In this document: piece by piece, positions 10,590-20,566 of the stretch | How the letters are laid out: each line of letters begins with the position of its first letter | How positions within the stretch are numbered: the stretch's first letter is position 1 | Assembly (NCBI GenBank): GCA_963706025.1 | Contig: CAVPLM010000005.1 | Span: 256,001-320,000, forward strand | DNA: 64,000 nucleotides | Reading direction: 5' to 3' | Source: an uncultured Actinomycetes bacterium | Lineage (GTDB): Bacteria > Actinomycetota > Thermoleophilia > RBG-16-64-13 | Position numbers and translations under genes: made by a program | The notes under the pieces: model-generated | Seen by the model: only the letters and a program-made list of their open reading frames with translations | What the model was told of the DNA's origin: nothing | Database searches by the model: none

Positions 10590-11410
10590 TGAACGACGTC
10601 GCGAAGGCAGGCGCCGGTGAGGCGGGCGCCGCAGCCGGCGAAGACCGTGCTGCGCAGGTCCGCGCAGGCCGCATCCGGGTAGCCGTAGCCGGCGCTCTGG
10701 GGCGCATGGGGCGCACGACCTGCGAGGCTGTTGCCGGAGACGAGGCGTTGGCCTTGGCGGGGGCGGTGGATCCCGGTTTTGCCGCTGCCGCGACGTCGTC
10801 CGAGACGTCATGCCCGGCAGCCGAAGGATGCTTCGAGACCCTTGAGAGCGCCCTGGAGGCCGGGGGCATCGACGTCGTCGTCGACTTCACCACTCCCGGT
10901 GTCGTGCGGGAGAACATCATGACCTGTCTGCGCCACGGCGTACCGGTGGTGGTGGGTACCACCGGGCTCACCGCTGCCGATCTCTCCGAGATCGAGCAGG
11001 AGGCGTCCGCTCGAGGCGTGGCCGTGCTGGCAGCTCCGAACTTCGCCATGGGGGCGGTGCTGATGATGCAGTTCGCCCGGCAGGCGGCCGCGCACTTCCG
11101 CGCCTGCGAGATCATCGAGCTGCACCACGACCGCAAGCTCGACGCGCCCTCGGGGACATCCAGACTCACCCGCCTCGAGGTCGACGAGACCTGGCGCGAA
11201 GCCGGCGTGGAGAAAGAGATCCCCATCCACAGCGTGCGCCTCCCGGGATTGGTCGCGCACCAAGAGGTCATCTTCGGCGGCCTGGGGGAGACCCTGACCA
11301 TCCGCCACGATTCGCTCTCTCGAGAATCGTTCATGCCCGGGGTGCTGTCGGCGGTCAAGCGCATTCGCGGACTGCAAGGACTCATCGTCGGTCTGGAGAA
11401 CATCTTATAG
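10589..11410 (+). CDS. dapB: 4-hydroxy-tetrahydrodipicolinate reductase
   Basis: GALGRMG, VVGTTG, APNF, ELHHDRKLDAPSGT. Confidence 0.96.
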   Translation: MNDVAKAGAGEAGAAAGEDRAAQVRAGRIRVAVAGALGRMGRTTCEAVAGDEALALAGAVDPGFAAAATSSETSCPAAEGCFETLESALEAGGIDVVVDFTTPGVVRENIMTCLRHGVPVVVGTTGLTAADLSEIEQEASARGVAVLAAPNFAMGAVLMMQFARQAAAHFRACEIIELHHDRKLDAPSGTSRLTRLEVDETWREAGVEKEIPIHSVRLPGLVAHQEVIFGGLGETLTIRHDSLSRESFMPGVLSAVKRIRGLQGLIVGLENIL

Positions 11411-11459
11411 AGGCTCTTCAGGCGTCCCATCCCGCTGGGCAAGAGGGCGCGAGGGCTCT

Positions 11460-13160
11460 GTGTATGTCCCGGACACGCGGAGGTTGGAACCCCCACTGGT
11501 GACGGATCAAGCGCTTAAAGTCATACCTCTGGGCGGGCTGGGGGCCATCGGTAAGAACATGATGGTGTTGGAGTTCGGCGACGCCCTCCTGGTCATCGAC
11601 AGCGGTCTTATGTTCCCCGATGACGACATGCTGGGGATCGACCTGGTGCTGCCCGACTTCACCTACGTGGTGGAGAACCGGGAACGGGTCCTGGGCATAA
11701 TCCTGACCCACGGTCACGAGGACCACGTGGGCGCCCTGCCTTACCTGCTCAAGGAGGTGGATGCGCCTGTCTTCGGCACCCGGCTGACCCTTGGTCTGGT
11801 GAACGCCAAACTGGGCGAGCACGGCCTGCAGCAGAAGGTCTCGCTGAACGAGATCTCTCCGGGCAAGGATCTCACTCTGGGTCCCTTCACGATCGAGTTC
11901 CTAGAGGTCTGTCACAGCATCCCAGATGGGGTGGGGTTGGGCATCCACACGCCGGTGGGCACGGTCGTCCACACAGGGGACTTCAAGCTCGATCAGACTC
12001 CCATCGATTGCCGCGTGACCGCCATGCAGCGTTTCGCGGAACTGGGGCGCAATGGCGTTCTTCTGCTCCTGTCCGACAGCACCAACGCCGATGTTCCCGG
12101 TTTCGTGTCTCCCGAGCGAAGCGTCGGGGAGAGCCTCGACGGCATCTTCGCCCTGGCTCCGGGCAGGATCATCGTGGCTTCGTTCGCGAGCCACATCCAT
12201 CGCATCCAGCAGGTGATGGACACAGCCGCCCGGCATGGCCGCTCCGTGGCCGTCGTGGGGCGCAGCATGGTCAAGAACGTGAACATCGCCCAGAACCTCG
12301 GATACCTCTCGGTACCGGAGGGGTTGACAATACGGCCGCACGACATAGCCCTGCTGCCACCGGATCGGGTGACGATCCTCAGCACCGGCAGCCAGGGGGA
12401 GCCCCTCTCGGCCCTGGCTCGGATGGCGTCCCACGATCATCCTCTGATAGAGATCACGAAAGGCGACACCGTGGTGATCTCCGCTCGCCCCGTGCCCGGC
12501 AATGAGACCAGCGTCTATCGCACCATCGATCGCCTGTTCGCCGCCGGGGCACGGGTGATCTACGAATCGACCGCCGGGGTCCACGTGTCCGGCCACGCCG
12601 CTGCTGAAGAGCTCAAGGTGATGCTGAACCTGGTCAGGCCGAAGTACTTCATGCCCATACACGGCGAGCATCGCCACCTCTATTTTCACGCGGAGCTGGC
12701 GCGGGCCATCGGCATGGACGACGAGCATATCTTTCTTTTGGAGAACGGCGACGTGCTCGAACTCCGGCCCGATCATGCCGAGGTCACCGGGCAGGTGCAG
12801 GCAGGCATGATACTGGTCGACGGCTTTGCCATGGGCGACTTCCGGGACCTGGTACTTCGGGACCGCCAGCACCTGGCCACCGACGGTCTGGTGATGGTGG
12901 TCGTGGCTCGCAGCATGCAGGACGGCAAGATAGTGGGAGAGCCCGAGGTGGTGTTCCGGGGTTTCGCCCACGCGGGAGATCTGGACGAACTGACGGAAGA
13001 AGCCAAGAAAAGGGTGGTCGCTTCGCTGAGCGGGGGCGAGATCCAGCAGATGACGGACACGAGCCTGCTGAAGATCCGGGTGCACGACGTTCTGCAGAAG
13101 TACCTGCATAAGGAGGTAGGCAGGCGTCCCATGGTGCTGCCGGTGATCGTCGAGGTCTGA
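11460..13160 (+). CDS. rnj: Ribonuclease J (start may be 11499)
   Basis: PLGGL..IGKN, THGHEDHVG, HTGDFK, STGSQGEP, HVSGH. Confidence 0.97.
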   Translation: MYVPDTRRLEPPLVTDQALKVIPLGGLGAIGKNMMVLEFGDALLVIDSGLMFPDDDMLGIDLVLPDFTYVVENRERVLGIILTHGHEDHVGALPYLLKEVDAPVFGTRLTLGLVNAKLGEHGLQQKVSLNEISPGKDLTLGPFTIEFLEVCHSIPDGVGLGIHTPVGTVVHTGDFKLDQTPIDCRVTAMQRFAELGRNGVLLLLSDSTNADVPGFVSPERSVGESLDGIFALAPGRIIVASFASHIHRIQQVMDTAARHGRSVAVVGRSMVKNVNIAQNLGYLSVPEGLTIRPHDIALLPPDRVTILSTGSQGEPLSALARMASHDHPLIEITKGDTVVISARPVPGNETSVYRTIDRLFAAGARVIYESTAGVHVSGHAAAEELKVMLNLVRPKYFMPIHGEHRHLYFHAELARAIGMDDEHIFLLENGDVLELRPDHAEVTGQVQAGMILVDGFAMGDFRDLVLRDRQHLATDGLVMVVVARSMQDGKIVGEPEVVFRGFAHAGDLDELTEEAKKRVVASLSGGEIQQMTDTSLLKIRVHDVLQKYLHKEVGRRPMVLPVIVEV

Positions 13161-13196
13161 CGCTGCGGGGAGCGGGCGAGAGAGGGATATCGCAAG

Positions 13197-15935
13197 ATGG
13201 CAGGTCGGGCGAATGGGAACACTGAGCGGACGGATCGCACGGCTGTGAAGCCGGGCGGTCCGTCCGCGGCCCCAGCCCCGCGTACCCCGGCGAAAAACAC
13301 CGCGGCTGCGCGCAGCGCCGCCGCTCAGGCTCCCGGCCGGGGAGCGGGTACGGGCCGCTCCGGAGGGTCGCGGACGGCTCGCGCGGGCGGCGGCCGCGCC
13401 GGCTCGAGCTCCAACCGGTCCGTCCCCGGGCGGAAACAGGAGATCGTCGCCCTGATCCTGTTTGGGATCGCCGTCTTCTTGGCCTTTGTACTTATCGCGG
13501 GTGGAAGAGGCGGCTATGTGGGTGAAGCAGTGGAGACCGGGCTCACCTACCTATTCGGGCGACTGGCCTTTCTCATCCCCACTGCCCTGATCGTGTTCGC
13601 GGTGACGACGGTCTTCGAGGTCAAGTTGCGGCGTTCGTACCTTTTCGCCGGCGCCATGGTCTTCCTGTTCGGACTGTTCTTGTTGGTGGCGGCCGGTGTT
13701 CCGCCGTTCGGGGGGCATGACGAGGCCACCTTCGTCCGCTCGGTCTTCGAGACGCGAAGCGGAGCGCTCGGCGAGGCCCTGTACGCCCTGTTCCATGGCA
13801 TGGTAGGCACGATCGGAGTGGGCATCATCGGCTGGGTGGCCCTGCTGGCCGGCTTCAGCCTAGCCACCGGCATGACGGTGCGGAGGCTTGGCCGGGGGAG
13901 TAGACGGGCGGCCCAGGCGGTCAAAGAGACCGCAGAACGAAGCACGCTGGTGACGAGACGTCGGGACCAAGACCCCGCGCCGATGGTCACGGCCGCCGAT
14001 GGCCGCTCGCCGGATGATCCTTATCAGGGCGGCTTCGGCCCCCGTTTGGGTCCGGTAGACCTGGTGGATGGTGACTGGCCCGACGACGGGACGTTCCACG
14101 AGTGGTCCGACGGCCGGCCGGCCTCGCGCAGTCCCCTGGCTCCTATGCAGTCGTATGGATCATCCGGCGGTCCGGGGGTCATCGACGGCGCTGAAGCCTT
14201 CGGGGATATCTACGAGCGCGACCGGGTAGGCGGTAGGGCCGCGGGCATGGGCGGAGCGACAGCGGCAGTTGCAGCGGTCGCGGCCGCATCCGGCCCCGCC
14301 GCCGAGGGCGGCGCCACTGGAGGTGCCGGGATGAGTGATGGGGCCGCGGGGGCCGCCACCACGATGACTGCCGGCGCCGAAGCAGGGCATGAGGGTACCG
14401 TTCCCCAGCAGGAGACGCTTCCCGGTCTGGTCCGGGAACCGCGACAGATAGCTCTTCCAGTCGAGCAGCCCGCCTACGTGCTGCCCGAGCCGGATCTGCT
14501 GCGCAAGACCGCGCCCGCGGCCATCGGGCGGGTGGGGAGCGAACGTGACACCTCCGCCGTGCTTATACAGGCCTTGGGACAGTTCGGGGTGGAGGCGAGG
14601 GTCGTCGGCATGGTCGTCGGCCCGCGGGTCACGCGGTACGAACTGCAACTGGCGCCGGGCACCAAAGTGGGCAAGGTATCCAGTCTCAAGGACGACCTGG
14701 CCTACGCCCTTGCCAGCACCGAGATCCGTATCCTCGCGCCCATCCCCGGCAAATCGGCGGTGGGGGTGGAGGTCCCCAACCAGCGACCCGACTTCGTCAC
14801 CCTGGGCGACATCTACCGGGAGTTCCCCAAATCGGCGGGGCCGCTCATGGTCTGGCTGGGGAAGGATATCTCCGGCAAGGCCGTGTACACCGATCTCACC
14901 CGGCTGCCTCACTTGCTGATCGCCGGGACTACCGGGTCGGGCAAGAGCGGTTGCGTCAACTGTCTGGTGTCCTCAGTCTTGCTGAGGAGCACTCCCGAGC
15001 AGGTGCGGATGATCATGATCGACCCCAAGAAGGTGGAGCTTTCGCACTACGACCGCATACCGCATCTGCTGGTGCCGGTGGTGACCAACATGAAGGATGC
15101 CGCCGGCGTGCTTCACAATGTTGCCAAGGAGATGGAGGATCGCTACGAGCTCATGGAGTTGGAGCACTCCCGCAGCTTGGCGGAGATGAACAAGAGCCGG
15201 GCCCGTCGGGGAGAGCGCCCGCTCCCCTACATCCTCATCGTCATCGACGAACTGGCCGACCTCATGATGGTCTCGCCGCAGGAGGTAGAGGACTGCGTTA
15301 TCCGCCTGGCCCAGAAGTCACGGGCCGTCGGCATACACCTGGTAGTGGCCACCCAACGTCCATCGGCCGATGTCATCACGGGCATGATCAAGGCCAACAT
15401 CCCCTCCCGGATCGCCTTCGCGGTCTCCAGCCAGACCGATTCCCGCGTGATCCTAGACGTGAATGGGGCCGAGACCCTGCTGGGCATGGGGGACATGCTT
15501 TTCAAGCCTCTGGGTTCGAGCCATCTTCAGCGGGTGCAGGGAGCCTATATCACCGAAGAGGAGATCGCCATCCTGGTCAATCATTGGCGCCATCAGGCCG
15601 AACCGGAGTTCCGCGAAGAACTCCTGCGCCGTCCCCAGGAGACCAAGCGGGGCGACGACGACCTCTTCGACCCGGACTCCGATGAATTCCTCGCGGATGC
15701 GGCTCAGTTGGTGATCGAGACGGGGAGCGCGTCGGTCTCCATGCTCCAGCGCCGGCTGCGGGTGGGCTACACGCGGGCGGGTCGGCTCATCGACATGCTC
15801 GAGAGGCGGGGGATCGTGGGACCCTGGGAAGGCAGCAAACCCCGGCAGATCCTGGTCGACCCCGACGAGTACGAGCACATCATCGCCGGCCTCAGGGCTG
15901 AGGAGCGCGCCGATGACCGGATGGCCGGTGACTGA
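13197..15935 (+). CDS. ftsK: DNA translocase FtsK/SpoIIIE
   Basis: 4TM N-terminus, long linker, GTTGSGKS Walker A, IDELADLMM, gamma domain SMLQRRLRVGYTRAGRL. Confidence 0.97.
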   Translation: MAGRANGNTERTDRTAVKPGGPSAAPAPRTPAKNTAAARSAAAQAPGRGAGTGRSGGSRTARAGGGRAGSSSNRSVPGRKQEIVALILFGIAVFLAFVLIAGGRGGYVGEAVETGLTYLFGRLAFLIPTALIVFAVTTVFEVKLRRSYLFAGAMVFLFGLFLLVAAGVPPFGGHDEATFVRSVFETRSGALGEALYALFHGMVGTIGVGIIGWVALLAGFSLATGMTVRRLGRGSRRAAQAVKETAERSTLVTRRRDQDPAPMVTAADGRSPDDPYQGGFGPRLGPVDLVDGDWPDDGTFHEWSDGRPASRSPLAPMQSYGSSGGPGVIDGAEAFGDIYERDRVGGRAAGMGGATAAVAAVAAASGPAAEGGATGGAGMSDGAAGAATTMTAGAEAGHEGTVPQQETLPGLVREPRQIALPVEQPAYVLPEPDLLRKTAPAAIGRVGSERDTSAVLIQALGQFGVEARVVGMVVGPRVTRYELQLAPGTKVGKVSSLKDDLAYALASTEIRILAPIPGKSAVGVEVPNQRPDFVTLGDIYREFPKSAGPLMVWLGKDISGKAVYTDLTRLPHLLIAGTTGSGKSGCVNCLVSSVLLRSTPEQVRMIMIDPKKVELSHYDRIPHLLVPVVTNMKDAAGVLHNVAKEMEDRYELMELEHSRSLAEMNKSRARRGERPLPYILIVIDELADLMMVSPQEVEDCVIRLAQKSRAVGIHLVVATQRPSADVITGMIKANIPSRIAFAVSSQTDSRVILDVNGAETLLGMGDMLFKPLGSSHLQRVQGAYITEEEIAILVNHWRHQAEPEFREELLRRPQETKRGDDDLFDPDSDEFLADAAQLVIETGSASVSMLQRRLRVGYTRAGRLIDMLERRGIVGPWEGSKPRQILVDPDEYEHIIAGLRAEERADDRMAGD

Positions 15936-17049
15936 CCTTCGGGTCCCCTCCATCACCGCCGCCGAGGTCGTGGAAGGCGGTTTCCAGGTGGTGGATGTCC
16001 GCTCTCCCAGCGAGTTTGCCGACGGGCATGTGCCGGGAGCCGTGAATCTTCCCCTGCTCGACGACGAGCAGCGCTCTGTGGTCGGCATCGCCTACAAGGA
16101 GCAAGGAGCCGCCCGGGCGCGCGTGGTCGCCATGGAACAGGTGAGCCCCGGTCTCGCCCGGTACCTGGGGGAGCTTACGGCGCTGGCCCACTCCCAGCCG
16201 CGGGGCCGGCGGCTGGCGATCATGTGCTGGCGGGGCGGGGAGCGGAGCCGGAACGTGGTCCTGCTGCTGGCCCTCATCGGGGTGCATGCCGTGACGGTGG
16301 GCGGAGGCTATCGAGCCTATCGTCGAGAGGTCTTGCTTGGCCTGGAGGGTTGGCGCCCCCCGGTGCCGGTGGTCACCTTGCTCGGCCATACTGGGGCGGG
16401 CAAGAGCGCTCTCCTGCGCAGTCTGGCTGGGGTCGCATCCAGCCTGCGGGGGCCGCGTCCCTGGCCGCTGGATCTGGAGGATCTGGCCCTGCATCGGGGC
16501 TCGCTCCTGGGAGGACTCAACCAACCGGGAGAGAGATGTCAGAAAGACTTCGACGCCCTCCTCTGGGATGAGCTGCGCAGGCCGCATGGTGACTACCTGG
16601 TGCTGGAGGGAGAGGGCCGCAAGATCGGCAGGATCATCCTTCCGGGCAGCGTCGCCGCGGCGATACGCTCCGGCATGCCGGTGTACGTGCATGCCTCTCT
16701 GGAGGCCCGCGCGGAGCGCATCGTGGCGGAATACGCGCCTGAAGGCTGGGACACTGCCGACACCGAGCGCTTCCGCCACAGCCTGGAGCTAATAGCCGCC
16801 CGGCTGCCCCGGCGCACCTACCTTTCCTTGGAAACAGCCTTCGATGATGGTAGATTTACCGACGTCGTGCAGGGGCTCTTGGTCGAGTATTACGACCCTC
16901 TCTACGAGAGATCGTGTGTGGAGGGGAGGCGTTTCATCCTGGAATTCGAGACCGGCCCTGACCCCATCCTGGACGCGCGCCGGTTCGCCCAGAACATGGC
17001 CCGCCTGATCCGAGAGGTGTCATCCGACCCCCGTGACGGACATCGGTAA
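15928..17049 (+). CDS. selU: tRNA 2-selenouridine synthase (SelU/MnmH)
   Basis: Rhodanese DVRSPSEF..GHVPGA.NLP and CWRGGERS, P-loop GHTGAGKS, DLE.LA.HRGS, YYDPLY. Confidence 0.92.
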   Translation: MTDLRVPSITAAEVVEGGFQVVDVRSPSEFADGHVPGAVNLPLLDDEQRSVVGIAYKEQGAARARVVAMEQVSPGLARYLGELTALAHSQPRGRRLAIMCWRGGERSRNVVLLLALIGVHAVTVGGGYRAYRREVLLGLEGWRPPVPVVTLLGHTGAGKSALLRSLAGVASSLRGPRPWPLDLEDLALHRGSLLGGLNQPGERCQKDFDALLWDELRRPHGDYLVLEGEGRKIGRIILPGSVAAAIRSGMPVYVHASLEARAERIVAEYAPEGWDTADTERFRHSLELIAARLPRRTYLSLETAFDDGRFTDVVQGLLVEYYDPLYERSCVEGRRFILEFETGPDPILDARRFAQNMARLIREVSSDPRDGHR

Positions 17050-17860
17050 CAGCCTGCGTGAGGCTCGTATCCGCAAGGGCCTCAGCATCAAGGACGTAGA
17101 AGGCGCCACCAAGATTCGGTCCAAGTACCTCGAGGCACTCGAGGAAGACGACTTCGAGGTCTTGCCGGGGCCGACCTATGTGAAGGCTTTTCTGCGGACC
17201 TACGCCACCTTTCTCAAGCTCGATGCGGACGCTCTGATCGCCGAGTATCGCAGCACCTACGAGCCTCGCGGCGAGGAACAGGCCGTGGTCCGGTCGGAGC
17301 TCACCCAGGAACGGCGGTCTCCCACCAGCGTAGAGCGGAAGAGAAAGAGGACCCGCCGTCATCAACGCGGTTACGCTCTTATTGCGGCGGTGGCGGTGGT
17401 GATCGTGGTCCTGCTGGCCTGGTTCGGATCGGGACGGGGACAGGACCCGGCGTCGCTCGACGCGAGTAACGTCAGCAGTTCGACTTCGAGCGTCAGCCTT
17501 GCCGACGTGAGCAGTACAACCGTCACTTCGGAGGAGGGGGCCGAAGCGACGACCAGCACCGAGACCACTGTGGGAAACGGTGGAAGTATCCCCAGCGGCG
17601 AAGACGTGGTGTTGATCGTCAGCGTGACTGAGAGCAGTTGCTGGCTGGTGGTGCGTGAGGACGGCGAAGACGGGACCGAACTCTTCGCAGGTACTCTCTC
17701 CGCTGGAAGCCAGCAGACCTTCGATGGCTCAAAGCGCTACTGGATGACGGTCGGTAAGCCCGAGGTCATAGCCTTGTCGATAAACGGTGCTCCACATACC
17801 CTTGAGGAGCCCGCCGGCTCATTCGTCGTCACAGAGGCTGGCGTAGAGCGCACAGAGTAG
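17033..17860 (+). CDS. rodZ: RodZ-like HTH / TM / DUF4115 protein
   Basis: IGNSLREAR..TKIR..YLEALE HTH_25, basic stretch, one TM, Ser/Thr linker, CWLVV C-domain; precedes rimO. Confidence 0.85.
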   Translation: MTDIGNSLREARIRKGLSIKDVEGATKIRSKYLEALEEDDFEVLPGPTYVKAFLRTYATFLKLDADALIAEYRSTYEPRGEEQAVVRSELTQERRSPTSVERKRKRTRRHQRGYALIAAVAVVIVVLLAWFGSGRGQDPASLDASNVSSSTSSVSLADVSSTTVTSEEGAEATTSTETTVGNGGSIPSGEDVVLIVSVTESSCWLVVREDGEDGTELFAGTLSAGSQQTFDGSKRYWMTVGKPEVIALSINGAPHTLEEPAGSFVVTEAGVERTE

Positions 17861-17861
17861 C

Positions 17862-19220
17862 ATGTGCGCTCTCCCTGCCGCCCTTCCGCGGGTCTACATC
17901 CACACACTTGGCTGTCCCAAGAACGAGGCCGACAGCCGCGCGGTGGCCCGTCATCTGTCGGCTGCCGGCGTTCGGGTGGAGACCGACCCCGGGCAGGCGA
18001 CCCACCTTCTCGTAAACACCTGCGGTTTCATCGCCGACGCCAAAGAAGAATCCATAGCCGCCATCCTCGATGCCTGCGGTCAATACGGGGACCGGCAGGT
18101 GCTTGTGATGGGTTGTCTGGTGGAGCGCTACCGGAAGGAATTGGAGAAAGGCATCCCAGAGGTCGCGGGGTGGTTTGGCCTGATGGACACTGTGGGTCCG
18201 GATGATGCGCCTGGAGCGGGCGGGTCTCCGTTCTCCGGAGGGTTCGCGGCCTTGCTCGAGCATCTGGGATCGTCGGAAGGCAGGCCCACGTCGCCTGTCC
18301 TGGCGGCGGCTTCGTATGCCTACCTGAAGATATCGGACGGCTGCGACCAGCCCTGCACGTTCTGCGCCATTCCCTCCATCAAGGGGGGCTACCGTGCGGC
18401 CGACACCTCCCGGATCCTCAGGGAGGCCGACGCTTGTCTGGAGGAGGGGGCGCGGGAATTGGTGCTGGTGGGTCAGGACACGGCGGTATGGGAAGGCGAT
18501 GGTCTGGAACTGCCCGGATTGATCGACTTGCTGGTCGCCGACGATCGGGTGCGCCGGGTGCGGCTCATGTACCTGCAGCCCGAGCACGTCAGCGACGCTC
18601 TCCTTCGCTACATGGCGGAGCAGCCCAAGCTGTGCCGCTATCTGGATGTGCCCTTCCAGCACGCTCATCCGGAAGTCCTGCGCCGAATGGGCCGGACCGG
18701 GAATGCCGCGACCTATCTCGATCTGCTTGAACGGGCGCGACGGCTGATGCCGGAGGTCTCGGTGAGGTCGGCCTTCATCGTCGGTTTTCCCGGGGAGACC
18801 GAGGACCAGTTCGGGGTCTTGCTGGACTTTGTCGACGAGGCGGGGTTTGACCACGCGGGTGGGTTCGTATACAGTCCTGAGGAAGGGACACCGGCTTTCG
18901 GCTTGAGGCCCCGGGTTAGGCCGGCGGTCGCGCGTGCCCGGCTCAACCGCCTGACCGCTCTGCTGCTGGAGCGCGCCGAGAGCAGGCTCGAACGGCTTGT
19001 CGGTTCGCGGGTCACGGTCATGGTCGATTCGCTTGATCCCGAGGACGCGGAGGAGGGGATCTCGGCGATCGGCAGGACGGAAGGGCAGGCGCCCGAGGTC
19101 GATGGGGTAACCTACATCGAAGGGGACCTGCCCCGGGGGACGACACCGGGAGACGAAGTATCGGTCACCGTGAGTACCGCTGTGGGATACGACCTGATAG
19201 GAACGATCGATGCGTCCTAA
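17862..19220 (+). CDS. rimO: Ribosomal protein S12 methylthiotransferase
   Basis: LGCPKN, NTCGFI..AKEESI, CDQPCTFC radical SAM motif, APEVDG TRAM. Confidence 0.96.
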   Translation: MCALPAALPRVYIHTLGCPKNEADSRAVARHLSAAGVRVETDPGQATHLLVNTCGFIADAKEESIAAILDACGQYGDRQVLVMGCLVERYRKELEKGIPEVAGWFGLMDTVGPDDAPGAGGSPFSGGFAALLEHLGSSEGRPTSPVLAAASYAYLKISDGCDQPCTFCAIPSIKGGYRAADTSRILREADACLEEGARELVLVGQDTAVWEGDGLELPGLIDLLVADDRVRRVRLMYLQPEHVSDALLRYMAEQPKLCRYLDVPFQHAHPEVLRRMGRTGNAATYLDLLERARRLMPEVSVRSAFIVGFPGETEDQFGVLLDFVDEAGFDHAGGFVYSPEEGTPAFGLRPRVRPAVARARLNRLTALLLERAESRLERLVGSRVTVMVDSLDPEDAEEGISAIGRTEGQAPEVDGVTYIEGDLPRGTTPGDEVSVTVSTAVGYDLIGTIDAS

Positions 19221-19812
19221 TCTACCGAACTCCATAAGCCTCTTCCGGGTGCTGATGGTCCCGGTCCTGATGGTGGCGATGCTCGTCGACGAACCGGCCA
19301 GCGACATCATCGCGATCATTATCTTCTTGGTCGCTGCCGGCAGCGATTCTCTCGACGGTTACCTCGCCCGCCGCCGTCATCAGACCACGGTCATGGGAGC
19401 CTTCCTCGACCCTCTGGCGGACAAGCTTCTAGTGATCGCGGCCCTGGTCACGCTGGTGGAGTTGAACGAACTGTCCGCCTGGGTTGCTATGGTGGTCATA
19501 GCGCGCGAGTTGGCAGTATCGGGACTAAGGATGGTGGCCGCCGTGCAGAACACGGTCATCTCGGCCAGCAACTGGGGGAAGATCAAGACGACCAGTCAGA
19601 TGGTGGCCGTCGCGGCCCTCATCATCGAACCCCGTTGGCTCAAGCCGGAGTGGACCCTAGCGGGACGGAGCGTCACCTGGTACTTGGTGATGATCATGCT
19701 GGTGCTGACGGTGCTGAGCGGCCTGGATTACTTCGTCCGCGCCCGCCAGCAGCTACGGGGCCGCCTGAGCGAGAAGACCGACCCCGACGCGGTGCCACCG
19801 AGGGAAGACTAG
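19210..19812 (+). CDS. pgsA: CDP-diacylglycerol--glycerol-3-phosphate 3-phosphatidyltransferase
   Basis: NLPN, D.LDGYLAR..G.FLDPLADK, GKIKT. Confidence 0.95.
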   Translation: MRPNLPNSISLFRVLMVPVLMVAMLVDEPASDIIAIIIFLVAAGSDSLDGYLARRRHQTTVMGAFLDPLADKLLVIAALVTLVELNELSAWVAMVVIARELAVSGLRMVAAVQNTVISASNWGKIKTTSQMVAVAALIIEPRWLKPEWTLAGRSVTWYLVMIMLVLTVLSGLDYFVRARQQLRGRLSEKTDPDAVPPRED

Positions 19813-19817
19813 ACACG

Positions 19818-20447
19818 ATGGGTGGCGCGCAGGTCGCCTTGCAGAGGTTGTTCATCGGCGTCCCTCTGCCCGAGGATCTGCTGGGGTTCGCGCAGTCCGC
19901 GCAGGCGATGCTGACGCCGGTGCAGGGGCTGCGGCTGCTCCGTCCCGACCAGTTACACGTCACTCTGGCCTTCATCGGGGAGGTGGACGAAGTGAAGGCC
20001 AAGGCCGCATGTAAGGTAGTGGACTCTCTGCCCGGGGATATGGGGGGAGAGGGGCGTATCACACGGTTCCTCATGCTGCCGTCGGTCGCGAAGGCGCGGG
20101 TCGTCTCTCTCGAGATAGACGACGGGGAGGGCGTGTTCGCAGGCTTGTTCGCCAAGGTGATGGGTGGTCTCGAGGCGGCGGGGGTGATGAAGCGAGAGAA
20201 ACGGCCGTTCCGGCCTCATCTGACCGTGGCCCGGCTCAAGCATCCGGGGGTGGTGCAACCAAGGTTTGAGAGCGGGGAGGCTCGGTTTGCGGTAGAGTCG
20301 GTGTGCCTTTACGAGAGTGAACTCAGGCGCGAGGGCGCGGTCTATGCGGTGATCGCACGCGCGAAGTTCGAGACGAAAGACGGAGCGAAGGCTCAAAGCT
20401 CGTTTCAGAACGACGTTTCGCCAGCAGGGTGCGATCGGCGCGAGTGA
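19818..20447 (+). CDS. thpR: RNA 2',3'-cyclic phosphodiesterase (2H phosphoesterase)
   Basis: RLFIG start, two HxT motifs (LHVTL, PHLTV); directly upstream of recA. Confidence 0.9.
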   Translation: MGGAQVALQRLFIGVPLPEDLLGFAQSAQAMLTPVQGLRLLRPDQLHVTLAFIGEVDEVKAKAACKVVDSLPGDMGGEGRITRFLMLPSVAKARVVSLEIDDGEGVFAGLFAKVMGGLEAAGVMKREKRPFRPHLTVARLKHPGVVQPRFESGEARFAVESVCLYESELRREGAVYAVIARAKFETKDGAKAQSSFQNDVSPAGCDRRE

Positions 20448-20566
20448 GTCAAGGAAGCAGGGAGCGCGCGTGGCAGCGCTACGGGCGCGACCGAGGACGA
20501 GGAATCACGCCGCCCAGCGCGAACTGGGGTGGCCGGGACTCATTCTGAAACGAGTTCTTAGGAGGA

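Noticed and set aside
20440-20465. AAGGAAGCAG resembling SRP RNA domain IV
   Set aside because: The required upstream CAGG..CC-GNRA stem is absent.
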